This document shows positions 28,262 through 36,299 of a stretch of 64,000 nucleotides of DNA, in pieces. Position numbers and translations under genes: made by a program. The stretch comes from a virus. The DNA lies in the IMG/VR virus record IMGVR_UViG_3300045988_144418, positions 37,631-101,630 of that record. One strand, 5' to 3'. Numbering within the stretch: the stretch's first letter is position 1; each line of letters opens with the position of its first letter. The notes under the pieces are model-generated. The model saw nothing but the letters and a program-made list of their open reading frames with translations, was not told the origin of the DNA and ran no database searches.

Positions 28262-28308
28262 TATAATCGATGTGAAATGATTAAATTTGGGTCGTATATT
28301 AATGCTTT

Positions 28309-28932
28309 ATGATGATGAATACGACACAGATTGTAAGTTCGGCGATTGATACAGGCAAGGCGATTGGCGACGTTGGTATGATGGCCGTTACGGCTGGATT
28401 TTTTCTTGTTCTTTCCGGGATTTTGATGGTGGTGTGCTTTAAGTGGTTCATTCGCCTGATTAATAGCATGCTTCAGGATCAGAAACGAACGATGGAAGAA
28501 CTCTTGAAGGAGACACGAGATCAAAATTCAAAACTTGCGGAACTATCAGAATGTCTTGCTCCTGGAAATCAGTTAAAGACAAAAGTGATTTCAAATGCTT
28601 TCTTTGATTTAGGTGTCGAAAAGGTTTGCCGTGTTATCAAAAAGGTTAGGGCAGAAAATCACATTGTTGACAGGGAAACAACAACGGCAAAGGTTCATAA
28701 ATTGCTGAAGAATTTGCATGATGACAGGAATAGTAAACTGGATTCATTTACTTATTTAGGCCGACCTCTTTCAAGTTACACTGATGAAAAATGGGTTGTT
28801 AAGGTTGCGGAAGTCGTTCTTAGCGAAATTTATAATGAAAATGGAGCTAATGATGAAAGAGCCTGTACAAATGTTACAGCCGTGTATGATCAAATAAAGT
28901 TGGATTTTTATAGTAATATGATGCAGAGATAG
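28309..28932 (+). CDS. hypothetical membrane protein
   Basis: N-terminal TM helix (MMAVTAGFFLVLSGILMVVCF). It is the first gene of the effector cassette. Confidence 0.5.
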   Translation: MMMNTTQIVSSAIDTGKAIGDVGMMAVTAGFFLVLSGILMVVCFKWFIRLINSMLQDQKRTMEELLKETRDQNSKLAELSECLAPGNQLKTKVISNAFFDLGVEKVCRVIKKVRAENHIVDRETTTAKVHKLLKNLHDDRNSKLDSFTYLGRPLSSYTDEKWVVKVAEVVLSEIYNENGANDERACTNVTAVYDQIKLDFYSNMMQR

Positions 28933-28934
28933 TT

Positions 28935-30068
28935 ATGGGTCTTTTTGAATTTATAGCTAAATCACGTTCTGGAGTTTATAAGAATACTTCAGAAAATCGT
29001 AGACTCCATCGTGTGGGGCAAAGATATGGTGAGCAGAGGCAACTGGCGGATGAGGGTGAACTGATTCCAGGAATGCCTAATTTCACCAAGGTGAATCTGA
29101 AGAAGTATTTGTCTGACAAGATAAAGAAACAGGTGGATGACTATATTGTTAATGTCTCAACCACTCCAGGATGGAATAATCCTGAGCAGGTCTCCCTTAT
29201 GGTAAAAGTTGTGCAGAAGCACTTCAATGAAGCTTTTGATGATATGACCAAGGCGCAGAGAGCCTACTGGGTGGAATTGGCAAAGCGGCTTTTGGGGCGA
29301 ATGGAATCTCTTAATGCAGGTGGCGACAAGGAGGAATCCGTTAAGCCTGAAGAGACACCAAAGCCTACATTGAAGGAACGTGTTGACAATTTTGAACAGA
29401 AGGAAAAAGCGAAGAATATCTTTGAACAGGCAGCACAGAAGTACGGAATTGAACATGGTAAGCCGATGTCCATTGATAGAGCTGATCGTAAGCACGCCAA
29501 CCCGAAATTTCTGACGCTTGTAGATGGAAGTTTTCGTCCATACACTTCAAACTGTCAGACCTGTGTGGTTGCCTATGAACTTCGTAAGAGGGGTTATGAC
29601 GTTGAAGCAAAGGGTGTTGGTGTTAAGCCGAAGTCCTATGTAAATAATTTTCAAAGAGAAATGGCCTATGATAGTACCTTTGCTTTTGCTGATAAGGATA
29701 TAGATCTTATTAGGCCGAACTTTACAGGTGAGATTAAGTTCAATACGGATAAGGGTCGTAGGCAGTTTCGAATGAAAATTTTTGACGCCATAAAAGAGCA
29801 GGGAACTTATTTCTTATCTTTTAAGAACAAGGGGCGTCAGAGTGGTCATATTGTGGTGCTTGAACACACGACTAATAATTTTTTGTTGATAGATCCACAG
29901 TCCAATAGAAGAATTGATCTTAAATCTGACGAATTCATGCAGTATCTTGCTGGAGTGGATGTTACACATAAAAATAATAGACTATTTAGGGTGAATGACT
30001 TGACATTCAAACCTGAGGTATTTTCTGTGATGGAAAAGGCAAATACAGAACCAGATATATATGATTAA
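28935..30068 (+). CDS. effector with shared N-terminal leader and C-terminal papain-fold toxin-like (glutamine-deamidase-like) domain
   Basis: N-terminus MGLFEFIAKSRSGVYKNTSENRRLHRVGQRYG is shared with the 30355 gene. The C-terminus has TSNCQTCVVAYELRKRGYDV ... SGHIVVLEHTTNNFLLIDPQSN, a Cys...His...Asp pattern that resembles, from memory, the Pfam 'papain fold toxin 1'. Confidence 0.5.
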   Translation: MGLFEFIAKSRSGVYKNTSENRRLHRVGQRYGEQRQLADEGELIPGMPNFTKVNLKKYLSDKIKKQVDDYIVNVSTTPGWNNPEQVSLMVKVVQKHFNEAFDDMTKAQRAYWVELAKRLLGRMESLNAGGDKEESVKPEETPKPTLKERVDNFEQKEKAKNIFEQAAQKYGIEHGKPMSIDRADRKHANPKFLTLVDGSFRPYTSNCQTCVVAYELRKRGYDVEAKGVGVKPKSYVNNFQREMAYDSTFAFADKDIDLIRPNFTGEIKFNTDKGRRQFRMKIFDAIKEQGTYFLSFKNKGRQSGHIVVLEHTTNNFLLIDPQSNRRIDLKSDEFMQYLAGVDVTHKNNRLFRVNDLTFKPEVFSVMEKANTEPDIYD

Positions 30069-30297
30069 TGAAAAGGATATTTTGAAAATCTGCGAAGCGG
30101 CAGGTTGGAAAGGCGGCGAACTGATTTACGGTGGGTTTGCTGACGGCAAGTATTATGTCTCCTATGGAGCTGAGAGTGACGGTGCAGAACTTGCGTGTGT
30201 GGGCGCTCCTATAATTCTTGTCGTGGAGAACGGCAGATGTAGGACAGCTACTGACAAGGAATGGGTTTATTTTTATGAAAATTTTGTGAAAGATTAA
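30061..30297 (+). CDS. small protein, candidate immunity/antidote to the upstream effector
   Basis: 78 aa, overlapping the upstream stop by 8 nt (translational coupling). No motif recognised. Confidence 0.4.
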   Translation: MINEKDILKICEAAGWKGGELIYGGFADGKYYVSYGAESDGAELACVGAPIILVVENGRCRTATDKEWVYFYENFVKD

Positions 30298-30307
30298 GGA
30301 TTAATCC

Positions 30308-30337
30308 TTGGATATTTCAGAATAATGATTATATTTG
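30308..30337 (+). promoter_or_regulatory. conserved phage promoter, copy 3
   Basis: ggattaatccTTGGATATTTCAGAATAATGAT-TATATTTG, upstream of the SAS-like gene. Confidence 0.65.
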
Positions 30338-30354
30338 CGTAGTAAAATTCAATT

Positions 30355-31083
30355 ATGGGTTTATTTGAATACATAGTTAAGTCCAGATCAGGTGTCTATA
30401 AGGATAATTCTGAAAATAGGCGGCTTCACAGGGCTGGACTGCAATATGGTCAGAAAAAGCAGCAGGAAAGCGTTCCTGATGTAAACAAGAAGGATCTTGA
30501 ACTTGCGGAAGCAAAGGTTAAGAAAATGCTTGTCGTGAAGCAGAACTTTGATGATGTTTCACAGGCGGTGTGTCAGGAGGTTGGCTGTATTGTTTCTCCT
30601 ACTAATATTAAAAAGCCCGTAAGAATTGCTCAGAAAATGGCTTCTGATGGTTCTACTATTGATGAGATTAAGGATGTTATGCGTAACACCTTTGTTGTTA
30701 ATAGTGACGATGATGTTGGCAAGGTTATAGAAGCCATATCCAAGCATTATAAAGTTGTTAGGGTAAAGTATCAAACGCCCGACAGGTTCGCTGGATATAG
30801 CGGCAATATTGTCAATGTGGAGCTTCCTAATGATGAAATTGGTGAAATGCAGGTGAATACGCCACAAATGATATTTGGCAAGGAAGTTGAACGTGATGCC
30901 AGAATGATTTTGGGTGATGGCCTATGGGAACGATTGAAAGCCAATGCAGGAAATCTTATTCCAGGACTTGGTCATAGGATGTATGAGGTGCTTCGGGATG
31001 ATTCCATTGACGATGAAAGGCTTGATATTGTCGAACGCAATAGTAGAATTTATTATGATAGAATTAGAAAGATTTCGCTATGA
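30355..31083 (+). CDS. effector with shared N-terminal leader and RelA/SpoT-like nucleotidyltransferase (small alarmone synthetase / toxSAS-like) domain
   Basis: N-terminus MGLFEYIVKSRSGVYKDNSENRRLHRAGLQYG. Synthetase-like motifs: KKPVRIAQKM, IKDVMRNTFVV, AGYSGNIVNVEL, IGEMQVNTPQMIF (compare DIxGxRV, GYRSxH, EIQIRT). Confidence 0.6.
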   Translation: MGLFEYIVKSRSGVYKDNSENRRLHRAGLQYGQKKQQESVPDVNKKDLELAEAKVKKMLVVKQNFDDVSQAVCQEVGCIVSPTNIKKPVRIAQKMASDGSTIDEIKDVMRNTFVVNSDDDVGKVIEAISKHYKVVRVKYQTPDRFAGYSGNIVNVELPNDEIGEMQVNTPQMIFGKEVERDARMILGDGLWERLKANAGNLIPGLGHRMYEVLRDDSIDDERLDIVERNSRIYYDRIRKISL

Positions 31084-31328
31084 GAACTGTAACTAACAAG
31101 GAACTGGGGGAGTTGCTCCGCTCCAATGAAATGGTCTATCTTCTGGACGACACTGATGAAATCGCATGGGGATTTCTCGGTGATGGAAAGAACCGTAGAA
31201 GAGTGGTGAGCAAGGCAAAGGGCAGGGAACCTGTTGAGCACAATCCCAAGCAGCAGAACTCCAATAGTATGATTCGTGCCTATCTGAATAAGGATGTGAT
31301 GACCAAGGAGGAGTTTGAAAACTATTAG
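31080..31328 (+). CDS. small protein, translationally coupled to the SAS-like gene (candidate antitoxin/immunity)
   Basis: 82 aa, with an ATGA start/stop overlap at 31080-31083. Confidence 0.4.
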   Translation: MRTVTNKELGELLRSNEMVYLLDDTDEIAWGFLGDGKNRRRVVSKAKGREPVEHNPKQQNSNSMIRAYLNKDVMTKEEFENY

Positions 31329-31336
31329 AATTTTCC

Positions 31337-31366
31337 TTGGAAATTCAAGAACAATGACTATATTTG
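31337..31366 (+). promoter_or_regulatory. conserved phage promoter, copy 4
   Basis: TTGGAAATTCAAGAACAATGAC-TATATTTG, upstream of the alarmone hydrolase gene. Confidence 0.65.
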
Positions 31367-31394
31367 CACTGTGAAAATTAAAAATGATTTTGTT

Positions 31395-31847
31395 ATGATT
31401 AAGATTGTCACTAAATCTCAGGACAGATTTCGTCAGGCCGTTGAAATAGCTGTCCAGGCACATCAGGGTCAGGTTGACCGAAATGGTGTTCCGTATATCT
31501 GTCATTCTATTGCCGTTGCTCAAAAGTGCTCATTCTATACAGCCAAGTGTGTGGCTATGCTTCACGATGTGCTGGAGGACACGGAGGTTACGGCACAGGA
31601 TCTATTTAAGATGGGTGTTGAGGAATATATCATTGAATGTGTGGAAAAATTGACGCACGATCCAAAGGTTCCATATCTGGATTATATTCAAAGCATAATT
31701 GACACCAGAGATGCTAATATCATATCGGTTAAGTACGCTGATCTATGTGATAATCTCGATCCTACGAGGGGTGGAATGAATGAAAAGAAAGTGCCTCTGT
31801 ATCGCAAGGCCAGAAGAATGATGGAGGAAGCATTATGTTTCATATAG
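31395..31847 (+). CDS. HD-domain small alarmone hydrolase (SpoT/Mesh1-like)
   Basis: AVEIAVQAHQGQVDRNGVPYICHSIAVAQ and AMLHDVLEDTEVT are the SpoT hydrolase HD signature. The ATG at 31395 follows aaaatgattttgttATG; the track start at 31371 is a GTG. Confidence 0.75.
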   Translation: MIKIVTKSQDRFRQAVEIAVQAHQGQVDRNGVPYICHSIAVAQKCSFYTAKCVAMLHDVLEDTEVTAQDLFKMGVEEYIIECVEKLTHDPKVPYLDYIQSIIDTRDANIISVKYADLCDNLDPTRGGMNEKKVPLYRKARRMMEEALCFI

Positions 31848-33769
31848 AACTAAGAAATGAAATCCTCCGTTTGAATTCTCTGTATAGGCAGGGCAAGCCG
31901 GAGGTCAGTGATGTTGAGTACGATTCACTTGTGGAGCAACTGAGGGCTATATCTCCTGATGATGATTTCTTCAAGTCTGGTGTTGCTGAAAAGGCAACGG
32001 ATAGAATGCAGAAACTCCCTCTTCCTATGTTTTCTCTGGAGAAAATAAAGACGTTTAAGGAGTTTTTGACGTGGGTTGATAGGATGGTTATGGCTGGGTG
32101 TAAAAATCTCGTAATAACGCCTAAATATGACGGAATAAGTCTTCTTATCAGTGAACTGTCACAGGCTGCCTGGACAAGGGGTGACGGTGTGCAGGGTCAG
32201 CGGAGTGACGCACACTTTTCACGAATGAAGAATGGTGAGGTTGAACAGCCTGTGTTTGAATACATATGGGGTGAAGCTATCTGTTCCAAAAAGGATTTTG
32301 AATCCGTTAAGGGTGAGTACAAGAATGCTCGCAATATGGTTGCAGGTTTGTTCAATTCTCCTATGGGGGCTAATACAGAACAGATAGGGGCTGTCACCTT
32401 TGTAAGGTATGGCATTGATTCTGATGAAAATAAATCCGTTCAACTGGATTATCTTAATGGTCGTTACCAATATACTACAACATACAGACTGATACAGATT
32501 GAAAACATTCTTATGTATAATGAGAATGATGTGCTGGATATGTTGGATAGGTTTTATAGAGAATGGAAGCTGGAGTATCAAATAGACGGTCTGGTGATTG
32601 AAGCTAATGAAAACAGTGTTCGAAAGAAGCTGGGTCGTAAGCCGAATGGAAATCCTGACTATGCTATTGCATTTAAGAGGGAGGAGTGGTTGCAGTTCTA
32701 TACAACGACCGTGGAAAAGGTTGAATGGAATGTTAGCAAGGATGGCTGTCTGTGTCCTGTGGTATGCGTAAAGCCTGTTGAAATGGAGAGTGCTACTGTT
32801 TCCAAGGTGACAGGGTATAATGCTAAATATATTCTTGACAATCATATTGCAGGTGGTTCTACAATAGACATCATTCGTAGTGGCGACGTCATTCCAAAGC
32901 ACATTAGAACACTTGGTTATTCTCCAGAAATATGTTCGAAGGAATTTCCTACTGTCTGTCCATGCTGTGGTAAGCCTGTTCAATGGGATGCTACGCATAC
33001 TGAGCTTGTATGTGTGAATGAGAACTGTAAACAGCAGGTCATTTCTCGTATGGTGTATTTCTTCAGGACGATGGGCTGCGAGGGTTTTGATGAACCTATT
33101 GTACGTCGCCTGTATGACGCTGGAATGGATAGTGTTCAGCTTGTTGTGGCAAGTAGGTCAATGGCATTTATGCACATACTTGGGGAGAACAAGGGGCTGG
33201 CTGTGTATAATGAGATTCAGAATAGGGTGCTTAATACAAAGAACCCTGTCGCAAGACTTATGACTGCATATAATGTTTTTGGAGGCGTTCTTGCCGAAAA
33301 GACGGCTCAAAGCATTATAGATGGCAGTGAAGCAGTTCAATATCTGTTGGATATCCATGAACCTATCAGGGATAATGATATTCTGGCAGATATTCTGGCA
33401 GTTCTTCGTGCGGAGCTTTGTTCTATTCCTGGTGTGGGTGCTGTCACGGCTGATACATTCATCACAGGTATGAATAAGTTTTTGGATATGAGATGCCTGT
33501 ATCTTTATTACATTTGCACTCCTAAGAAAATTTTGGCTGACAACTGTATGTATGTCTGCATGACAGGTTTTAGGGATAAGGAACTGGAGAATGAGCTTAT
33601 AAAACAGGGACATGAGGTTCTGAATGGCGTTACGGCCAAGTGTACAGTTCTTGTGGTGGCTGATTTGAATTCAACAAGCAGTAAGATGCAAAAGGCTCAG
33701 AAGATGGGAATTCGTATTGTGGACAGAAAGACATTTGAAAATGAAATATACGGCAAAGAAAATAAGTAA
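31835..33769 (+). CDS. ligA: NAD-dependent DNA ligase
   Basis: Adenylation motif ITPKYDGISL, zinc finger CPCCGKPVQWD...LVCVNENC, HhH region, C-terminal BRCT-like MYVCMTGFRDKELENELIKQG. Confidence 0.9.
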   Translation: MFHIELRNEILRLNSLYRQGKPEVSDVEYDSLVEQLRAISPDDDFFKSGVAEKATDRMQKLPLPMFSLEKIKTFKEFLTWVDRMVMAGCKNLVITPKYDGISLLISELSQAAWTRGDGVQGQRSDAHFSRMKNGEVEQPVFEYIWGEAICSKKDFESVKGEYKNARNMVAGLFNSPMGANTEQIGAVTFVRYGIDSDENKSVQLDYLNGRYQYTTTYRLIQIENILMYNENDVLDMLDRFYREWKLEYQIDGLVIEANENSVRKKLGRKPNGNPDYAIAFKREEWLQFYTTTVEKVEWNVSKDGCLCPVVCVKPVEMESATVSKVTGYNAKYILDNHIAGGSTIDIIRSGDVIPKHIRTLGYSPEICSKEFPTVCPCCGKPVQWDATHTELVCVNENCKQQVISRMVYFFRTMGCEGFDEPIVRRLYDAGMDSVQLVVASRSMAFMHILGENKGLAVYNEIQNRVLNTKNPVARLMTAYNVFGGVLAEKTAQSIIDGSEAVQYLLDIHEPIRDNDILADILAVLRAELCSIPGVGAVTADTFITGMNKFLDMRCLYLYYICTPKKILADNCMYVCMTGFRDKELENELIKQGHEVLNGVTAKCTVLVVADLNSTSSKMQKAQKMGIRIVDRKTFENEIYGKENK

Positions 33770-33959
33770 AGGGCATTATTTGTATCGTGGTTATCGTATC
33801 AATTGTGTTGGTTATTATGCCCCTGATAAACATAAATGTTGGGAAGCAGTTGATAAGGACGGTACTGGATTCGCTCATTCTTATTCTTTGCGTATGACCA
33901 AGGCACTTGTGGATGACGAGGTGGCCAGAAAGGAACGTGGTGAGGAGGACGGATGGTGA
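33741..33959 (+). CDS. hypothetical small protein
   Basis: The track ORF 33717..33959 starts at TTG; first ATG is at 33741. It overlaps the end of the ligase gene. Confidence 0.35.
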   Translation: MKYTAKKISKGHYLYRGYRINCVGYYAPDKHKCWEAVDKDGTGFAHSYSLRMTKALVDDEVARKERGEEDGW

Positions 33960-35623
33960 TGCGGTATTTCTATCGTGACAGTGCTTGGTGGCACATCGGG
34001 TTTAGTTATGATCCAGAGTTGGTAAAGGAAGTCAAGTCCTTTGCCAATTCCGGATTTAACCCTGAATTGCGTGAATGGTATGTTCCTGTTCATATAACTA
34101 CATCGGCAGCGGTGCAGAAGTGGCTTGCAGACCACAATTTTCGGGAAGAAAGGGTATATACACCATCCAAGAGAGTTGTGGAGTATCAGGAACCACCTGA
34201 AGTGATTACGGCTGACGATGTGCTTGCGGCATGTAAGGAAGTTAGCCTGAAGCGCACACCACGACACTATCAGGCGGAGGGCATTGCCTATATGATTAAT
34301 CACGGTAACTGCATCAATGGAGATGGCTGTGGGCTTGGTAAAACCGGACAATCTATTGTTACTGTAGAGCTTATGGATGTCTTTCCTACGCTTGTCATCT
34401 GTCCAGCGTCCGTTAAATACAACTGGAAAAAGGAGTGGCAGAAGTGGAATCCAGCCAGAACGGTGGGTATAGTGGAATCGGGAAAGAAGTATGATGAATC
34501 CGTATGGAACAGTGACGTGGTGGTTATAAACTTTGATATTCTCGGTGAGCGAAGTACGGATAAGCCAAAGGTGAAATACAAGGAGCTTCTGAAAAAATAC
34601 TGGGGTTCGTGTATAATTGATGAGATCCACTTTTTAAAGTCAGAAAAGGCGATACGCACCCGAATGACTAAGAAGATAACGAAGCATATTGCTCACGTGT
34701 GGGGGTTGACTGGAACGCTGACGCAGAACCGTCCTTTGGAACTCATTCAGCCTTACCAGATACTTCGTAGGTTCAGCGAAATCTTTGGTGACACTCTTGC
34801 ATTCAAGTTCAGGTACTGTGATGCAAAGAAGACGATGTTTGGTTTTGATGCGAGTGGATTCAGCAACTTGGAGGAGCTTCACGAATTGTTGCGAATGGCT
34901 GGATATATTCGACGGGATAAGAGGGATGTGCTTACGGAACTTCCACCTGTCATAGAGCAGATTGTGGATGCTCCTATAAGCAATGCGAGAGAATATCATC
35001 ATGCGAAGGATGATCTATTGAATTATCTGGAAACAATAGACGTGGAAAAGACAAGTTCAGCGGCCAATGCTCCTCATCTTGTTATGTTGAATACACTTCG
35101 TACGTTGAGCATTGTCGGGAAGATGGCCTTTATTAAGTCCTATATTCAGGAATGGCTGGAATCCAACGAGGAGAAGCAGCTTGCTGTCTTTGGTGTGCAT
35201 CGTGAGCTGCTTCAGGAGCTTGCTGATCATTTTAAGGCTCCAGTCATACAGGGTGGTGTGTCCATAGAGAACAAGCAGAGAATCGTGGATGCCTTTGCGG
35301 CACGGAAGCATCGTCTTCTGTTTGCCAATATTCAGTCGGCTGGAACTGGAACGGACGGTCTTCAGACACACTGTTCGGACATGATATACATAGAGCTTCC
35401 GGATAGAAGCACTGATGTTGAGCAGACAAACGCTCGACTGGAGCGTATGGGGCAGAAGAATACCATAACAGTCACCTATCTGCTGTCACCTGAAACAATT
35501 GATGTTGAGATGAAGGAAACACTGGACGGCAAGAAGATGCTTACTGACATTGTAAATGCAGGACACAGTGAGAATGAACTTATTGCTATGAAATTCTTTA
35601 GAAATCGCAGGAGGAATTCTTGA
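33953..35623 (+). CDS. SNF2-family helicase/translocase
   Basis: Motif I GLGKTGQSI, II IIDEIHFLKS, III LTGTLTQNRPLEL, V QSAGTGTDGLQ, VI QTNARLERMGQ. Confidence 0.85.
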   Translation: MVMRYFYRDSAWWHIGFSYDPELVKEVKSFANSGFNPELREWYVPVHITTSAAVQKWLADHNFREERVYTPSKRVVEYQEPPEVITADDVLAACKEVSLKRTPRHYQAEGIAYMINHGNCINGDGCGLGKTGQSIVTVELMDVFPTLVICPASVKYNWKKEWQKWNPARTVGIVESGKKYDESVWNSDVVVINFDILGERSTDKPKVKYKELLKKYWGSCIIDEIHFLKSEKAIRTRMTKKITKHIAHVWGLTGTLTQNRPLELIQPYQILRRFSEIFGDTLAFKFRYCDAKKTMFGFDASGFSNLEELHELLRMAGYIRRDKRDVLTELPPVIEQIVDAPISNAREYHHAKDDLLNYLETIDVEKTSSAANAPHLVMLNTLRTLSIVGKMAFIKSYIQEWLESNEEKQLAVFGVHRELLQELADHFKAPVIQGGVSIENKQRIVDAFAARKHRLLFANIQSAGTGTDGLQTHCSDMIYIELPDRSTDVEQTNARLERMGQKNTITVTYLLSPETIDVEMKETLDGKKMLTDIVNAGHSENELIAMKFFRNRRRNS

Positions 35624-35658
35624 TATTTTCGTTATATGTGTAATAAATAATTTTGTGG

Positions 35659-35835
35659 ATGGAAACACTAAAAAGATTCAAGTGTCGGTTCTTTGGCAGC
35701 AAGGAACGTAAGGGTCAGATCACACGGCAGACTGTTTTTGTCACGACCTATGATCGTGCTATGGTTGAGGAAGTTCTCAACAATCAGGGGTGGATTAAGA
35801 TTAACGGTCTGAAGATAAGGGAATGCGAAGAATAG
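35659..35835 (+). CDS. hypothetical small protein
   Basis: The track ORF 35653..35835 starts at TTG; first ATG is at 35659. Confidence 0.35.
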   Translation: METLKRFKCRFFGSKERKGQITRQTVFVTTYDRAMVEEVLNNQGWIKINGLKIRECEE

Positions 35836-36299
35836 ACATATACACTGACGGCAGCTGTAACGCACGAATTAGAGTAGGTGGCTACGGTGTGTATGTTAAG
35901 GAGGAAGGACGTGAAACGGTTATTCATCAGGGCTATACTCACACCACGACGGCACGGATGGAAATGAGGGCTGTGCTTCATGCGATACGCTTGGTATCCA
36001 ACGAATCCATGGACGTTTATATTCATTCTGATTCTCAATTTGTGGTAAATGCGTTTAAGGAAGGATGGCTGTCCAGATGGCGGCTATCTAATTTTGTTGG
36101 GGTGAAGAACACTCCTATCTGGAAGGCTATTGCGCTTGAATTGGCAAAAAGACCACAGGTTCATTTTCACATTAGATGGCTTCACGGACACCAGAAGGAT
36201 ATTCTGGACGAGACCGTGTTCGGGAACACGGTGGCGGATGCACTTGCCGACTACAAGAATCAGGAATCATACATTAAAGACACTGATGACAATATATGA
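35823..36299 (+). CDS. rnhA: ribonuclease HI
   Basis: IDIYTDGSC, TNARMEMRAVLHAI, IHSDSQFVVNA, GNTVADALA give the DEDD order of RNase H1. Confidence 0.85.
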   Translation: MRRIDIYTDGSCNARIRVGGYGVYVKEEGRETVIHQGYTHTTTARMEMRAVLHAIRLVSNESMDVYIHSDSQFVVNAFKEGWLSRWRLSNFVGVKNTPIWKAIALELAKRPQVHFHIRWLHGHQKDILDETVFGNTVADALADYKNQESYIKDTDDNI

